A stretch of DNA of 64,000 bases from an uncultured Candidatus Micrarchaeota archaeon. Lineage in GTDB: Archaea > Micrarchaeota > Micrarchaeia > Norongarragalinales > CAINOH01. The notes beneath the pieces were generated by a model. That model made no database searches, was not told the origin of the DNA, and saw only the letters and a list, made by a program, of their open reading frames with translations. Numbering within the stretch: the stretch's first letter is position 1; every line of letters begins with the position of its first letter. The DNA lies in NCBI GenBank assembly GCA_903851445.1, contig CAINOH010000009.1:23908-87907 (forward strand). Direction: 5' to 3'. The position numbers and the translations under genes were made by a program. Of the stretch, positions 8,878 through 18,482 are shown in pieces.

Positions 8878-10370
8878 AAGTCATAGACTCCTACAACGTC
8901 GAAAGCGAGGGCATAACCGCCCAGGTCCAGATTGTGGACGACGAGACCTTCACCAACATGTACCTGCTCCATCGCACCAAGGTGCGAAAGTCAACCGCGG
9001 CCGTGATGGACTTCCTCAAGCAGCGCATCATCGACGCAGTCAACATCAGCGCGTCAGAAATAGCGAACTTCAGCGCGTGGGAGACCCTACGCGTGAACGT
9101 CAAGAAGAAGGCCCACGAGCTGGTGCGGACAGAGCTCGGCGGCCTGAACGCCAAGGAGGAGGACCTGCTTGTCGGAAAGCTCCTGCAGGAAATGCTCGGG
9201 ATAAGCGAACTTGAGTTCTTCCTGTGCGACGAACAGCTTGAGGAGGTCGTGGTGATTTCCTCAAAGGACCCCGTGTGGGTGTACCACCGGAAATACGGCT
9301 GGCTCCGGACCAACGTCGACATCCAAACCGAGGACCAAATCCGCAACTACGCCGCGATAATGGGAAGACGGGTTGGCAAGCAAATCACAAACCTCGACCC
9401 GCTCATGGACGCCTACCTGCTCTCGGGCCACCGCGTGAACGCGACCCTCGCGCCGGTCTCTGCAAAGGGCAACAGCATCACGATACGCAAGTTCCGCAAG
9501 GACCCGTTCACCGTGATAGACTTCATCAGCCCCAGCCTCAACACCACTTCTGCGGAGGCCCTTGCATTCATCTGGCTTGCGGTCCAGTACGAGATGAACC
9601 TCCTTGTGGGCGGGGGGACGGCAAGCGGAAAGACCTCCTTCCTCAACGCAATCCTCGCATTTACGCCGCCCAACCAGCGCATCATCAGCATCGAGGACAC
9701 GCGCGAGCTCATGCTCCCAAGCTACCTGCACTGGACGCCGATGGTCACGCGGCTGCCAAACCCCGAAGGCAAGGGCGGCGTGAGCATGCTTGACCTGGCA
9801 GTTAACTCGTTGCGCATGCGGCCCGACCGCATCGTGCTCGGCGAGGTGCGCAGGCAAAGCGAAGCCGAGGTGCTGTTCGAGGCAATGCACACCGGCCACG
9901 CGGTATACTCCACGGTGCATGCCGATGACGCCGCCCAGATGAAGAGCAGGCTCATAAGCCCGCCGATAAACCTGCCCGAACAGTTCCTTTCCGCAATGCA
10001 CCTTGCGGTTGTGCAGTACCGCCAGCGCAGGACCGGAATCCGCAGGACAACCGAGATTGCCGAGATAAACCCGGGCGAGAGGGGGACGAGCTTCAACGTG
10101 GTGTTCCAGTGGAACGCCCAGGACGACGCGCTTGAGAAGGTCGACGAGCACATCCGGGTGGACAACGAAATCAAGGCCCGCACCGGGATGAAGCAGAAGG
10201 AGATTACTGCAGACCTTGAGCAGAAGAGGGCAATCCTGCTTGCGATGTCGGCCGCGGGAATCAGCCACGTAGACGACGTGGGCGTGATTTTCGCAAAATA
10301 CTACAAGTCGCCAAAGCTGGTTGCCGAAAGCGCAGAGAAGGGCGCAAAGGAGATGCGAAAGCTCCTGTGA
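8874..10370 (+). CDS. Type IV pilus assembly ATPase (VirB11/TadA/CpaF family)
   Basis: Walker A GGTASGKTS, SIEDTREL, LRMRPDRIVLGEVR, AMHTGH, STVHA. Confidence 0.95.
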   Translation: MKVIDSYNVESEGITAQVQIVDDETFTNMYLLHRTKVRKSTAAVMDFLKQRIIDAVNISASEIANFSAWETLRVNVKKKAHELVRTELGGLNAKEEDLLVGKLLQEMLGISELEFFLCDEQLEEVVVISSKDPVWVYHRKYGWLRTNVDIQTEDQIRNYAAIMGRRVGKQITNLDPLMDAYLLSGHRVNATLAPVSAKGNSITIRKFRKDPFTVIDFISPSLNTTSAEALAFIWLAVQYEMNLLVGGGTASGKTSFLNAILAFTPPNQRIISIEDTRELMLPSYLHWTPMVTRLPNPEGKGGVSMLDLAVNSLRMRPDRIVLGEVRRQSEAEVLFEAMHTGHAVYSTVHADDAAQMKSRLISPPINLPEQFLSAMHLAVVQYRQRRTGIRRTTEIAEINPGERGTSFNVVFQWNAQDDALEKVDEHIRVDNEIKARTGMKQKEITADLEQKRAILLAMSAAGISHVDDVGVIFAKYYKSPKLVAESAEKGAKEMRKLL

Positions 10371-11269
10371 CGGTGCAAACGACAGTGGAAAGCAAGGTCC
10401 CGATGCTGCCGTTCTCGCTCGTGCCACCCCAGTTTACCTTCGAGCTTGCAAGCAAGACCCGGCCCCTTGGCACCGCAGTGCAGGCCTGGGTGCCCATCCT
10501 TGGCGACGACCTCCTGGGCGCAGGCTATGCCGACATCGACGCCGACACCTACGCAACCGCGTGCGTTCTCAACGCATTCACGAACTTCTTTGCCGTGTTC
10601 ATACTCATCGACTTGCTAGGCGCGCTCACGCTCACGCCGATGCTCCTGGTTGCGGGGCTTGCGTCCGCAGGCGTGGGCATTGCAACATTGGTCTCGTGCC
10701 TCGTCTGGCCCCAGATCATCGCAACGCAAAGGCGGCGCGCCATTGACGCGAACATGATTGCCGCAACCCGCCAGCTGCTCATACAGATACGCTCGGGCGT
10801 CCCGCTCTTCAACGCGCTCCTTTCGGTAAGCTCCGGCCACAGCAAGGTCTCGGAGGAGTTCTACAAGATTGCGGCCAAGCTCAACGCGGGCGTTGACGAG
10901 ACCGACGCGCTTGCCGAGGCGTCAGCAACCTCGCCGTCCATACAATTTCGCAAGGTGGTGTGGCAGCTTTCCAACGCGCTCAAGGTCGGCACCGACGTGG
11001 GCCTGGCGCTCGAGGCCACTCTTGGCGAGCTCGAACTCGAGCAGACCGAGCAAATCAAGAAGTATTCGCAGGAGCTCTCGCCCCTCACGATGATTTACAT
11101 GATAAGCGCAATCATCGTGCCGAGCCTGGGCGTGACAATGCTCATAGTCGTGGGCTCCCTGATGTCGTTCCCGATTCCCAAGGCAACGCTTGTCGTGGTG
11201 TTCATCGTGATGATAGGGTTCCAGGCGTTCTTCCTCAACTTCGTCGCCTCGCGCAGGCCGGTGGTGTGA
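10367..11269 (+). CDS. Pilus membrane platform protein (TadB/TadC, T2SSF family)
   Basis: TM pair, QIRSGVPLFNAL, SEEF, C-terminal TM pair; overlaps the ATPase stop. Confidence 0.88.
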   Translation: MTVQTTVESKVPMLPFSLVPPQFTFELASKTRPLGTAVQAWVPILGDDLLGAGYADIDADTYATACVLNAFTNFFAVFILIDLLGALTLTPMLLVAGLASAGVGIATLVSCLVWPQIIATQRRRAIDANMIAATRQLLIQIRSGVPLFNALLSVSSGHSKVSEEFYKIAAKLNAGVDETDALAEASATSPSIQFRKVVWQLSNALKVGTDVGLALEATLGELELEQTEQIKKYSQELSPLTMIYMISAIIVPSLGVTMLIVVGSLMSFPIPKATLVVVFIVMIGFQAFFLNFVASRRPVV

Positions 11270-11272
11270 AAG

Positions 11273-12298
11273 ATGAAGACCAGTCGCATAATCACAAGGG
11301 CGTCCTACGTCCTGCCGCGAAAGTGGGTCGACTCGATTGGAAGGCTGCTTGTCAAGGGCGGGTTCAATACCACCAAGCACAGGTACCTGATAGGCCTTGC
11401 CATGCTTGGCGCTCTCTGTTTGGGCGCCCTGTCCAGCTTCATCTGCCTCGCTGTGATGCGCGACTATAAGTTCGCGGCGTTCTCCGGGCTCCTTATAATC
11501 ATGGCGGAAGTCGGCGGCGCGTACTTCATCCTCAAGTCAACTGCATTCCAGCGCAGCAAGAGGATAGAGAGCGTGCTCCCTGACGCTTTGCGCATCATCT
11601 CGGCAAACATGCGGGCCGGGATGACAATAGAGAACGCGCTGTGGTCCGCCGCAAGGCCCGAATTCGGCCCATTTAAGGACGAGCTGAGCAGGGTGGCTGC
11701 TGACACGTTCGGTGGGATGCCGATAGAGGATGCGCTCCTTTGCATGCCAGAGCGCGTTGACTCGCGGCTCGTGGAGCGCTCAATCGACCTGATGGTAGGC
11801 GGCCTGCGCCTGGGCGGACGCATGACCGACCTGCTTGACCACATCGCAGCTGACATCTCTTCGCGCCAGAGCCTGCAGCGTCAAATCGAGACTTCGACAA
11901 CGACCTACGCCATATTCATCGTGTTCTCGGCGCTCGTAGCCGCACCGATGCTCTTTGCAGTCTCCACGTTCTACTCGGAAATCAACGAGAAGACGCTCTT
12001 GGGTTTCACCGAGGGGATGCAGGTGAATTCGGCCGCCCGCGCACGCATAGCCTCGTCCGGCATCCCTATGCTTTTGCCATCAGCGCAGGCTGACCAGATA
12101 GGGTTTGCTGACATCCGCCTCTTCTCGCTCGGCGTAATCATCATCACCGCGTTCTTCGCATCCATAATCATCGCCCAGATAAAGGAAGGCGAGGCACACA
12201 GGGGCCTTTCCTACGTCCCCATTTTCGTCGCAGTTGCAATGACCGTGTTCCTGCTTGGCCTCTACGGGCTTGAGACCGCGTTTGCGGGAATGATATAA
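11273..12298 (+). CDS. Second pilus platform protein (TadC, T2SSF family)
   Basis: IESVLPDALRIISANMRAGMTIENAL...RPEFGP; multiple TMs. Confidence 0.9.
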   Translation: MKTSRIITRASYVLPRKWVDSIGRLLVKGGFNTTKHRYLIGLAMLGALCLGALSSFICLAVMRDYKFAAFSGLLIIMAEVGGAYFILKSTAFQRSKRIESVLPDALRIISANMRAGMTIENALWSAARPEFGPFKDELSRVAADTFGGMPIEDALLCMPERVDSRLVERSIDLMVGGLRLGGRMTDLLDHIAADISSRQSLQRQIETSTTTYAIFIVFSALVAAPMLFAVSTFYSEINEKTLLGFTEGMQVNSAARARIASSGIPMLLPSAQADQIGFADIRLFSLGVIIITAFFASIIIAQIKEGEAHRGLSYVPIFVAVAMTVFLLGLYGLETAFAGMI

Positions 12299-12378
12299 AG
12301 GCGCAAAGCCGGCCAACAGCACGCATTAAATAAGACAGGAAAGTAATTTTTCAGGACGTTCCAAACGGTGATTATGTT

Positions 12379-12843
12379 ATGTCAAAAGGGCAAACCGCAC
12401 TCGAATACCTTGTCACTTACGGCTGGGCAATACTCGGCATCATCATCATAGTCGGCGTGCTCATCTCGTTCGGGGTGTTCAACCCGACCAAGTGGGCGAC
12501 CGTGCGCCAGCAGGGCGGATTCTCATCAATCGCAGTGCTTGACCACAGCATCACAGCAGGAACCGGCGGCGTCATGAAGATAGCTTTCCAGAACACGCGC
12601 GGAAACTCGATTACCATAACGCAGGTTGTGTCGATGGCCGGCGGGTGCGGCTGGACCGGCTCGCAGCTTCTGACTGTTGACAACCCCGTCTCAATCACCA
12701 CCAGCGCGTGCAACCAGACCACAGTCACCGGCGCAACCGTAGGCTCGGCGTACGACTTTTCCGACGTGGCCGTGACATACACCGACTCAGTATCGAGCAT
12801 GTCGCACACCGAACGCGGGTTCATCAAGGGCCAGTTCCAGTAG
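12379..12843 (+). CDS. Pilin, class III signal peptide
   Basis: MSKG|QTALEYLVTYGWAIL; GGTGA RBS upstream. Confidence 0.9.
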   Translation: MSKGQTALEYLVTYGWAILGIIIIVGVLISFGVFNPTKWATVRQQGGFSSIAVLDHSITAGTGGVMKIAFQNTRGNSITITQVVSMAGGCGWTGSQLLTVDNPVSITTSACNQTTVTGATVGSAYDFSDVAVTYTDSVSSMSHTERGFIKGQFQ

Positions 12844-12875
12844 GGAAAATAGCCAAAGCGCACGTTCTGTTCCCA

Positions 12876-13802
12876 ATGGCCAAAGAACGCTTTCCAAAAG
12901 AATACCTGGACAAGTACTCCTCAATCCTCGGAAGCGAGTTTGGCAGGTTCATCTCCTCATTTGAAAAAAAGGAAAAGAAGGCAATCTGGTGCAACTCGCT
13001 CAGGACCACACCGCAGGAACTGTGCTCCGAACTGACGGGCCGCGGCTTTTGCCTTGCGCCGCTCGAATTCTCGGAAAACGCCTTCCTTATTGAGTCGGGC
13101 CCCGAGCGGCCTGGCCGCGACGACGCGTTCATGCAGGGAAGGTTCAACCTGCAGGAGAAGGCCGCGATGCTTCCTGCAATCGCGCTTGAACCAAAACCTG
13201 GAGAGCGCATACTCGACGGCTTTGCAGCGCCGGGAAACAAGACGCTCCAGCTCTGCTGCCTGTGCAACAATGAAGCGGAAATCACCTGCCTCGAGAGGGA
13301 CCCTGTACGCATACGTACGCTGCAATTCAACGCGCGAAAGTTCGGAATGCAGATTGATGCGAAGAAACTTGACTTTTTGAAATTCAAGGACCGCGAGGGT
13401 TTTGACAGGATCCTGCTTGACGCGCCCTGCAGCTCCGAAGGCCTGGCAAGAAAACGGTTGGATGCCCTTGCGGAATGGAGCCAGAGGAAAGTTGAGAACA
13501 TGTCCAAGAGGCAGAAGAAAGCCGTTGTCCGCGGGTTCGACCTGCTCAAGAGCGGCGGCACGCTGGTATATTCCACCTGCTCGCTTTCTCCAGAGGAGGA
13601 CGAGGAAGTCATCGACCACCTCCTTGCAAGCAGGGATGGCGTGACGGTGGAAAGGGTAAAGCTTGCAGGCGTCAACGCATCCAAGGGAATCGTGCAATAC
13701 CAGGGAAAGGAATTCGACTCCCGCGTCGGGAACTGCGTACGGCTCTACCCGCACGAGTGGGACTGCCAGCCATTCTTCATCGCAAAGATTCAGAAAGGAT
13801 AA
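12876..13802 (+). CDS. RsmB/NOP2/NSUN-family RNA m5C methyltransferase
   Basis: AAPGNKT, ILLDAPCSSEG, LVYSTCSLSPEEDE; start trimmed to ATG 12876. Confidence 0.93.
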   Translation: MAKERFPKEYLDKYSSILGSEFGRFISSFEKKEKKAIWCNSLRTTPQELCSELTGRGFCLAPLEFSENAFLIESGPERPGRDDAFMQGRFNLQEKAAMLPAIALEPKPGERILDGFAAPGNKTLQLCCLCNNEAEITCLERDPVRIRTLQFNARKFGMQIDAKKLDFLKFKDREGFDRILLDAPCSSEGLARKRLDALAEWSQRKVENMSKRQKKAVVRGFDLLKSGGTLVYSTCSLSPEEDEEVIDHLLASRDGVTVERVKLAGVNASKGIVQYQGKEFDSRVGNCVRLYPHEWDCQPFFIAKIQKG

Positions 13803-13907
13803 TGGCCAGCCGCGGAGCAGGACAACTGCCGGCTGATGCGAAGCGCATATAATGATTGTTGCCCAAAGTCGTCTTACAAACTTTCAACAAGAAAAGGTCG
13901 GTTGCCT

Positions 13908-14639
13908 ATGACAATAGCAGTGCCCCAGACGTTCGATGCTGTCCTTTCGGAAAAGCGCGAGGAAGTCCCGGGCGTTGTCACGATGCGCCTTGCGCCCGTT
14001 GACGGCCGCAAGCTCTCCTTCTTGCCAGGCCAGTTTGCAATGCTGTGCTTTCCCGACGAGCCCGACCCGCAGCGGAAGTGCCGCGCATACTCAATCTCAT
14101 CATCCCCGCAGGTGACTGACTACATCGAAGTCACTATAAAGATAGTCAAGGAGTGGACGAGCCGCATGACATCCACTGCCGTTGGCACCAAGCTGCAGGT
14201 CAAGATGCCATTCGGCAGGTTCGTCCTCGACCCGACTTGCCGCGACCACGTGTTCATCGCGGGTGGTGTTGGGATCACGCCTTTCGCGGCAATGTCAAGC
14301 TTCCTTGCGGCAACCAAGCCCGAAGCCGTACGGGCAACATTGTTCTACAGCGCAAAGACGCCGGCAACGCTCATATTCCGCGAGCGGTTTGAGAAGACCG
14401 CACGAGAATGGCCGGAGCTCAACCTTGCGTTCACTATTACAGACAAGGAATATTCGGGCGCGGACTGGCCAGGCCACCGCGGCAGGCTTGACGCCGAATT
14501 CATCAAGGCAACGCTCGGGAATATTGCCGGAAAGAAGTTCTACCTATGCGGCTCCGGCCAGATGATGGCAGGCATAGAGGAGATACTCGAATCGATGGGC
14601 GTTGCAAAGGAGAACATCCACACCGAGAAATTCGGCTAG
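13908..14639 (+). CDS. FAD/NAD(P)-binding oxidoreductase (ferredoxin-NADP reductase-like)
   Basis: FLPGQF, RAYSISS, IAGGVGITPF, YLCGS, C-terminal EKFG. Confidence 0.9.
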   Translation: MTIAVPQTFDAVLSEKREEVPGVVTMRLAPVDGRKLSFLPGQFAMLCFPDEPDPQRKCRAYSISSSPQVTDYIEVTIKIVKEWTSRMTSTAVGTKLQVKMPFGRFVLDPTCRDHVFIAGGVGITPFAAMSSFLAATKPEAVRATLFYSAKTPATLIFRERFEKTAREWPELNLAFTITDKEYSGADWPGHRGRLDAEFIKATLGNIAGKKFYLCGSGQMMAGIEEILESMGVAKENIHTEKFG

Positions 14640-14641
14640 AA

Positions 14642-14929
14642 TCAGCGCCTAGCCTTCATCTTCTCGCCGACAAAGTTGATGAGGTCGCGGAGCTTCTTTT
14701 CCATGGTCGGGTAGTCAACGAGCTCATCCAGGCCGGTAAGCATCGACGCTACCTCGGGCTTGATTTTTAGGTACTCGCGCTCAAGCTGCTCCAGCCGCGA
14801 CGCGAGCTCGCCTATCTCATTCTGCGTACGCCTTCGGTAATCCAGGACGAAGTATATGGCAACCACGAGCACGACCATGGATGCTGCAAAGAGCCCGAAA
14901 GCGAGTGCCGACATACTGACAAGGGCCAT
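14642..14929 (-). CDS. Small single-TM coiled-coil protein
   Basis: N-terminal TM, then heptad-like ELASRLEQLERE; overlaps the upstream stop. Confidence 0.75.
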   Translation of the reverse strand: MALVSMSALAFGLFAASMVVLVVAIYFVLDYRRRTQNEIGELASRLEQLEREYLKIKPEVASMLTGLDELVDYPTMEKKLRDLINFVGEKMKARR

Positions 14930-15213
14930 TACACTACGCCCCCCTCTATGACTGCTGACGTCAGGTCCCTAGCCTGCTTTGTGATGCTCTGCATCGCGTT
15001 GCGCGTAATCTTCCTCTCAAGCCCGGCTTTCGCATCCTGGATGCTTTGCGCCATCGCTGCAGACTCGGCGTGCGCCGCGTCAATCCTGGCCGAAAGCTCC
15101 GCCACCTTCGCAACCGCACCGTCGTGCGCCCTCTTTGCAAGGACGAACGCCACAAAAGCGCCCGCTAATGACACTAGGAAACAGAACCCCGCAACGTAGA
15201 CGTCTTCGACCAT
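14929..15213 (-). CDS. Small single-TM coiled-coil protein
   Basis: TM then Ala-rich helix; start ATG 15213 (or TTG 15228). Confidence 0.7.
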   Translation of the reverse strand: MVEDVYVAGFCFLVSLAGAFVAFVLAKRAHDGAVAKVAELSARIDAAHAESAAMAQSIQDAKAGLERKITRNAMQSITKQARDLTSAVIEGGVV

Positions 15214-15230
15214 AGGAACATCAGGCAAAA

Positions 15231-15710
15231 TCAACTGCACGTCCCGACGAGCGGCCTTGCGCCAGTCTGCCTCATGGAATAGTTCATGAAGTTGTACAGG
15301 ATGTTCACCTGCACCTCGAAGGCCTTGCCGGACGCGGTATAGACGCAGGGGTTTCCGCTTGTAAAGCTTGACACGTAAATGGCGTTCTCCTCGCCAGCTG
15401 AGAATACGTGGTAGCCCGTGCTCAGGTTATTGACGTTGCCCACGCTGTCTACGAACTGCATCTCGGTGACGTTGAGGCTGTCGGAGCCGCGGTTGGCAAG
15501 AACAAGCAGCGCGGTGCCGTTCATGACCTTGAATGCCGTGATTGAGAAGGGCGTGGCGGTCTTCCAGTAGGACTCCGACTCCCTTTCCCTGCCGGGCCCG
15601 CCCACTTGCGGGAACCAGCCCAAAAGCGCTATGACGACCATCGCCACTAGAAGCACCGCGCCCAAAATGACAAGATATTCCGTTGCGCCCTGCCCCTTTG
15701 AGCGGACCAT
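15231..15710 (-). CDS. Pilin, tandem paralogue 3
   Basis: KG|QGATEYLVILGAVLL, NPC, ends LVGTCS. Confidence 0.9.
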   Translation of the reverse strand: MVRSKGQGATEYLVILGAVLLVAMVVIALLGWFPQVGGPGRERESESYWKTATPFSITAFKVMNGTALLVLANRGSDSLNVTEMQFVDSVGNVNNLSTGYHVFSAGEENAIYVSSFTSGNPCVYTASGKAFEVQVNILYNFMNYSMRQTGARPLVGTCS

Positions 15711-15870
15711 ACAATCACCTATATTGCAAATGAAATTGGCTTATGCAAAGGGAACGGAAAAGGGGAATAAAAAAGTAGGTTTTGGGAACAACTTGCCCCA
15801 TCGCCCGAAAGGGCACAAGGAGCAGAGGGAGAAAAAGAAAAACAAAAAAAAGAAAAAAGGGAATTGGTGC

Positions 15871-16380
15871 TTACGAGCACCTTCCAACCAGGGACTGCGC
15901 GCCCTGCTGTCGAATCCCGGTAATCGACCCCTGGGTGTAGCCGAACGCCACAATCTTGAGCTCGAACGGGTTGCCCGTCTTCGAAGTGACTCCGTTGCAC
16001 GGGTTGGTGGCGTTGACGCCTACTAAGAAAGTGAAAGGCACAGTAACCACTGCTTCCTCGCCTCCGTTGAAAGACTGGGCCGGACTCGCTACGACGTATG
16101 TAAACGTACTCGTTCCATTAGGAATTTCAATCGAAGTCAGGGTCAGTGCGTCAGAAAGCCTGTTTGAAAGCGAGAAGGTCATTGTCGTGTTGTCGACCTT
16201 GAACGAGTTTATCGCAAACGGGCTTGCACCGGACCAGTACGCCTTGGACTGCTGCTCCTTTGTAGAGCCGCCGAGCGCGGGGAACCAGCCAAGAAGGCTT
16301 ACTACTACAAGCGCGACAAGCAACACTGCGCCCAATATGACAAGATATTCCGTTGCGCCCTGACCTCTTGAGTAGACCAT
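15871..16380 (-). CDS. Pilin, tandem paralogue 2 (probable major pilin)
   Basis: RG|QGATEYLVILGAVLL, NPC, ends LVGRCS; GGTGA RBS. Confidence 0.92.
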   Translation of the reverse strand: MVYSRGQGATEYLVILGAVLLVALVVVSLLGWFPALGGSTKEQQSKAYWSGASPFAINSFKVDNTTMTFSLSNRLSDALTLTSIEIPNGTSTFTYVVASPAQSFNGGEEAVVTVPFTFLVGVNATNPCNGVTSKTGNPFELKIVAFGYTQGSITGIRQQGAQSLVGRCS

Positions 16381-16542
16381 ATCATCACCTATACCTATAT
16401 TGCAAATGAAATTGACTTATGTAAAGGAACGGAAAGGGAGAATAAAAAAGTAGGTTTTGGGCCTTGTTCTTTTGGGCGATGGGAAAACTAAAGGAATGGT
16501 GAGAAAAAGAAAAACTAAAAAAAGAAAAAAGGGAATTGGTGC

Positions 16543-17040
16543 TTACGAGCACCTTCCAACCAGGGACTGCGCGCCCTGCTGGCGAATCCCGGTAATCGCC
16601 CCAGAGGTGTAGGTGAACGCCACAATCTTGATCTCAAACGGATTGCCCGTCTTGGACGCGCCCGATGAGTAGCACGGGTTGGTGGAATTTGCGACGGTCG
16701 TAGTAACCACCGCTTCCTCGCCCCCGTTGAAGGCCTTGGCCGGCCACGCTACCGTATATGTAAACGTGCCCGTTCCATTAGGTATGTCAATCCCAGTCAG
16801 GGTCAGCGAGTCAGAAAGCCTGTTTGAAAGCGAGAAGGTCATTGTGGTGCCGTCAAGTTTGAACGAGTTTATCGCAAACGGGCTGGCGCCGGACCAGTAC
16901 GCCTTGGACTGCTGCTCCTTTGTAGAGCCGCCAAGCGCGGGAAACCAGCCAAGAAGGCTTACCACGACAAGAGCGACAAGCAAGACTGCGCCCAATATGA
17001 CAAGATACTCGGTCGCACCCTGCCCTCTCCTAAACTGCAT
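16543..17040 (-). CDS. Pilin, tandem paralogue 1 (probable major pilin)
   Basis: RG|QGATEY; N- and C-termini nearly identical to 15871..16380. Confidence 0.92.
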   Translation of the reverse strand: MQFRRGQGATEYLVILGAVLLVALVVVSLLGWFPALGGSTKEQQSKAYWSGASPFAINSFKLDGTTMTFSLSNRLSDSLTLTGIDIPNGTGTFTYTVAWPAKAFNGGEEAVVTTTVANSTNPCYSSGASKTGNPFEIKIVAFTYTSGAITGIRQQGAQSLVGRCS

Positions 17041-17233
17041 TGTAAACCACCTTAAATGAAAATGGACTAAGAAATCAAGATGCCGAGTTTATTTAAATAG
17101 GTTGCTTAACTCCGGCGTTTTCGCGCAAACCCAACGCCCAACGCCATACTTTCTCCTCTAATAAAAGCGATGGCTTTTTAAAGAGCCGAACAGAAATGAC
17201 ATAAAATAATTGATACAAAAAGGTGAACTGCTG
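17041..17233. promoter_or_regulatory. Divergent promoter region between two pilin arrays
   Basis: AT-rich; TATA-like TTTATTTAAATA near 17088-17099 and TTTTTAAA at 17175-17182; GGTG(A) RBS on both sides. Confidence 0.5.
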
Positions 17234-17620
17234 ATGTCTGAAACAAAGAGGGGCCAGGGCGCGTTCGAGTACATTCTGATGCTGTCGGGAGTGCTCCTGA
17301 TAGTGATACTCATAATATTCATACTCCAAGGGACGATAACGGGAACAAACAACACTATGGGAACACAGCAAAACACGCTCAACAGCACAGTAAACGTGGA
17401 CATAGTACCGCAATACACGCAATGTTTGATAGTCACAAGTGCAACTGGCAGCATCACCGGACCATCATACCCCTGCTGCGTCCTTAACGGAGCCGCAAAC
17501 CTTGCCGCATGCACAGCAGCAGGATGCGCCGGAGTACCTGGGATTGTTCAATGCACCCAAACCACACTTGCCAGCTGTCCGACAAGCCAGTTCAACAGGA
17601 AAATAGGAAGGTGCGCGTAA
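17234..17620 (+). CDS. Pilin with small Cys-rich C-terminal domain
   Basis: RG|QGAFEYILMLSG; YPCC...FNRKIGRCA. Confidence 0.88.
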   Translation: MSETKRGQGAFEYILMLSGVLLIVILIIFILQGTITGTNNTMGTQQNTLNSTVNVDIVPQYTQCLIVTSATGSITGPSYPCCVLNGAANLAACTAAGCAGVPGIVQCTQTTLASCPTSQFNRKIGRCA

Positions 17621-17662
17621 GCGCACACTTTCCCCATCTTTCTTAAGAGGTGAACAAGGAAT

Positions 17663-18001
17663 ATGAGACGCGGACAAGGCGCATTTGAATACATACTCAT
17701 GCTTTCGGGGGTACTGCTGATTGTGATAATCATCATATTCATACTCCAGGGGACAATCGGCGGGGCGAACAACACGATGACAGCACAGCAAAACACCTAC
17801 AACACGTCAGTGTCCGTGGATATCGTGCCCCAGTACACGGCAAACCTAATAGTGATGAGCCAGACTGGCGGACTTGGCGGCCCATACCCCTGCTGTGAAA
17901 ACTTCGCTACGCCAGGATGCACCGGAGTAATAATCAACTGCACCGGCACGCTCAACTGCTATTCAAGCAGGTTCGACAGGAAAGTAGGAAGGTGCGTATA
18001 A
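17663..18001 (+). CDS. Pilin with small Cys-rich C-terminal domain
   Basis: RG|QGAFEYILMLSG; YPCC...FDRKVGRCV. Confidence 0.88.
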   Translation: MRRGQGAFEYILMLSGVLLIVIIIIFILQGTIGGANNTMTAQQNTYNTSVSVDIVPQYTANLIVMSQTGGLGGPYPCCENFATPGCTGVIINCTGTLNCYSSRFDRKVGRCV

Positions 18002-18054
18002 GCGCATTGCCTCTCTTTTTTTATTTTTAAATAATTGAAATAGTGATTGGGACT

Positions 18055-18420
18055 ATGATGAGGCGCGGCCAGGGGGCATTTGAGTACATCCTGATGCTGT
18101 CCGGGGTGATTCTCGTGGTCATAATCATCCTGCTCATACTGCAGGGCAGCATCTCATCCACAAACAACACGCTTGCGGACAACGAGAACAAGTTTGGAAC
18201 CTATACGACGGTCGACTTTGACAACCACCGGACGCCCAACCTGTACGTGGCTGAGCAGACGGGTACTACCACAATAACAAACACGCCCTGCTGCTCGAAC
18301 GTGAACTCGTCTACAGTAAAATGCTACGGCCCGAACAGCGTATCGAGCACCACCATATGCAGCGCAAACATCACGTGCCCGTCGAAATACTTCAACAACG
18401 CAACTGGCACCTGCGGCTGA
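18055..18420 (+). CDS. Pilin with small Cys-rich C-terminal domain
   Basis: RG|QGAFEYILMLSG; TPCC...FNNATGTCG. Confidence 0.88.
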   Translation: MMRRGQGAFEYILMLSGVILVVIIILLILQGSISSTNNTLADNENKFGTYTTVDFDNHRTPNLYVAEQTGTTTITNTPCCSNVNSSTVKCYGPNSVSSTTICSANITCPSKYFNNATGTCG

Positions 18421-18482
18421 GAAAGAAATAATATAAAAAAAACATTAGCTATAGCAGGAACTTTACTACGAGGAGAATAAAA

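Larger units (their letters stand above)
15711..17040. repeat. Tandem duplication (about 670-bp unit) of pilin gene plus intergenic region
   Basis: atattgcaaatgaaattg...aataaaaaagtaggttttggg and aaagaaaaaagggaattggtgcttacgagcaccttccaaccagggactgcgcgccctgctg each occur twice. Confidence 0.9.

Noticed and set aside
9261-10427. Long antisense ORFs (also 1633..2511, 12824..13684, 42863..43705, 61671..62567)
   Set aside because: Shadows of GC-rich, codon-biased genes on the opposite strand, with no motifs of their own.
8874-12298. Archaellum (FlaI/FlaJ) locus
   Set aside because: No FlaH, FlaF/G or archaellin motifs; two platform genes and Q+1/E+5 pilins indicate a pilus.
15797-16483. Inverted-repeat stem as an EndA (BHB) substrate
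   Set aside because: On the mRNA strand the 4-bp helix is flanked by a 1x1 mismatch and a 1x3 loop on the wrong side; not BHB geometry.
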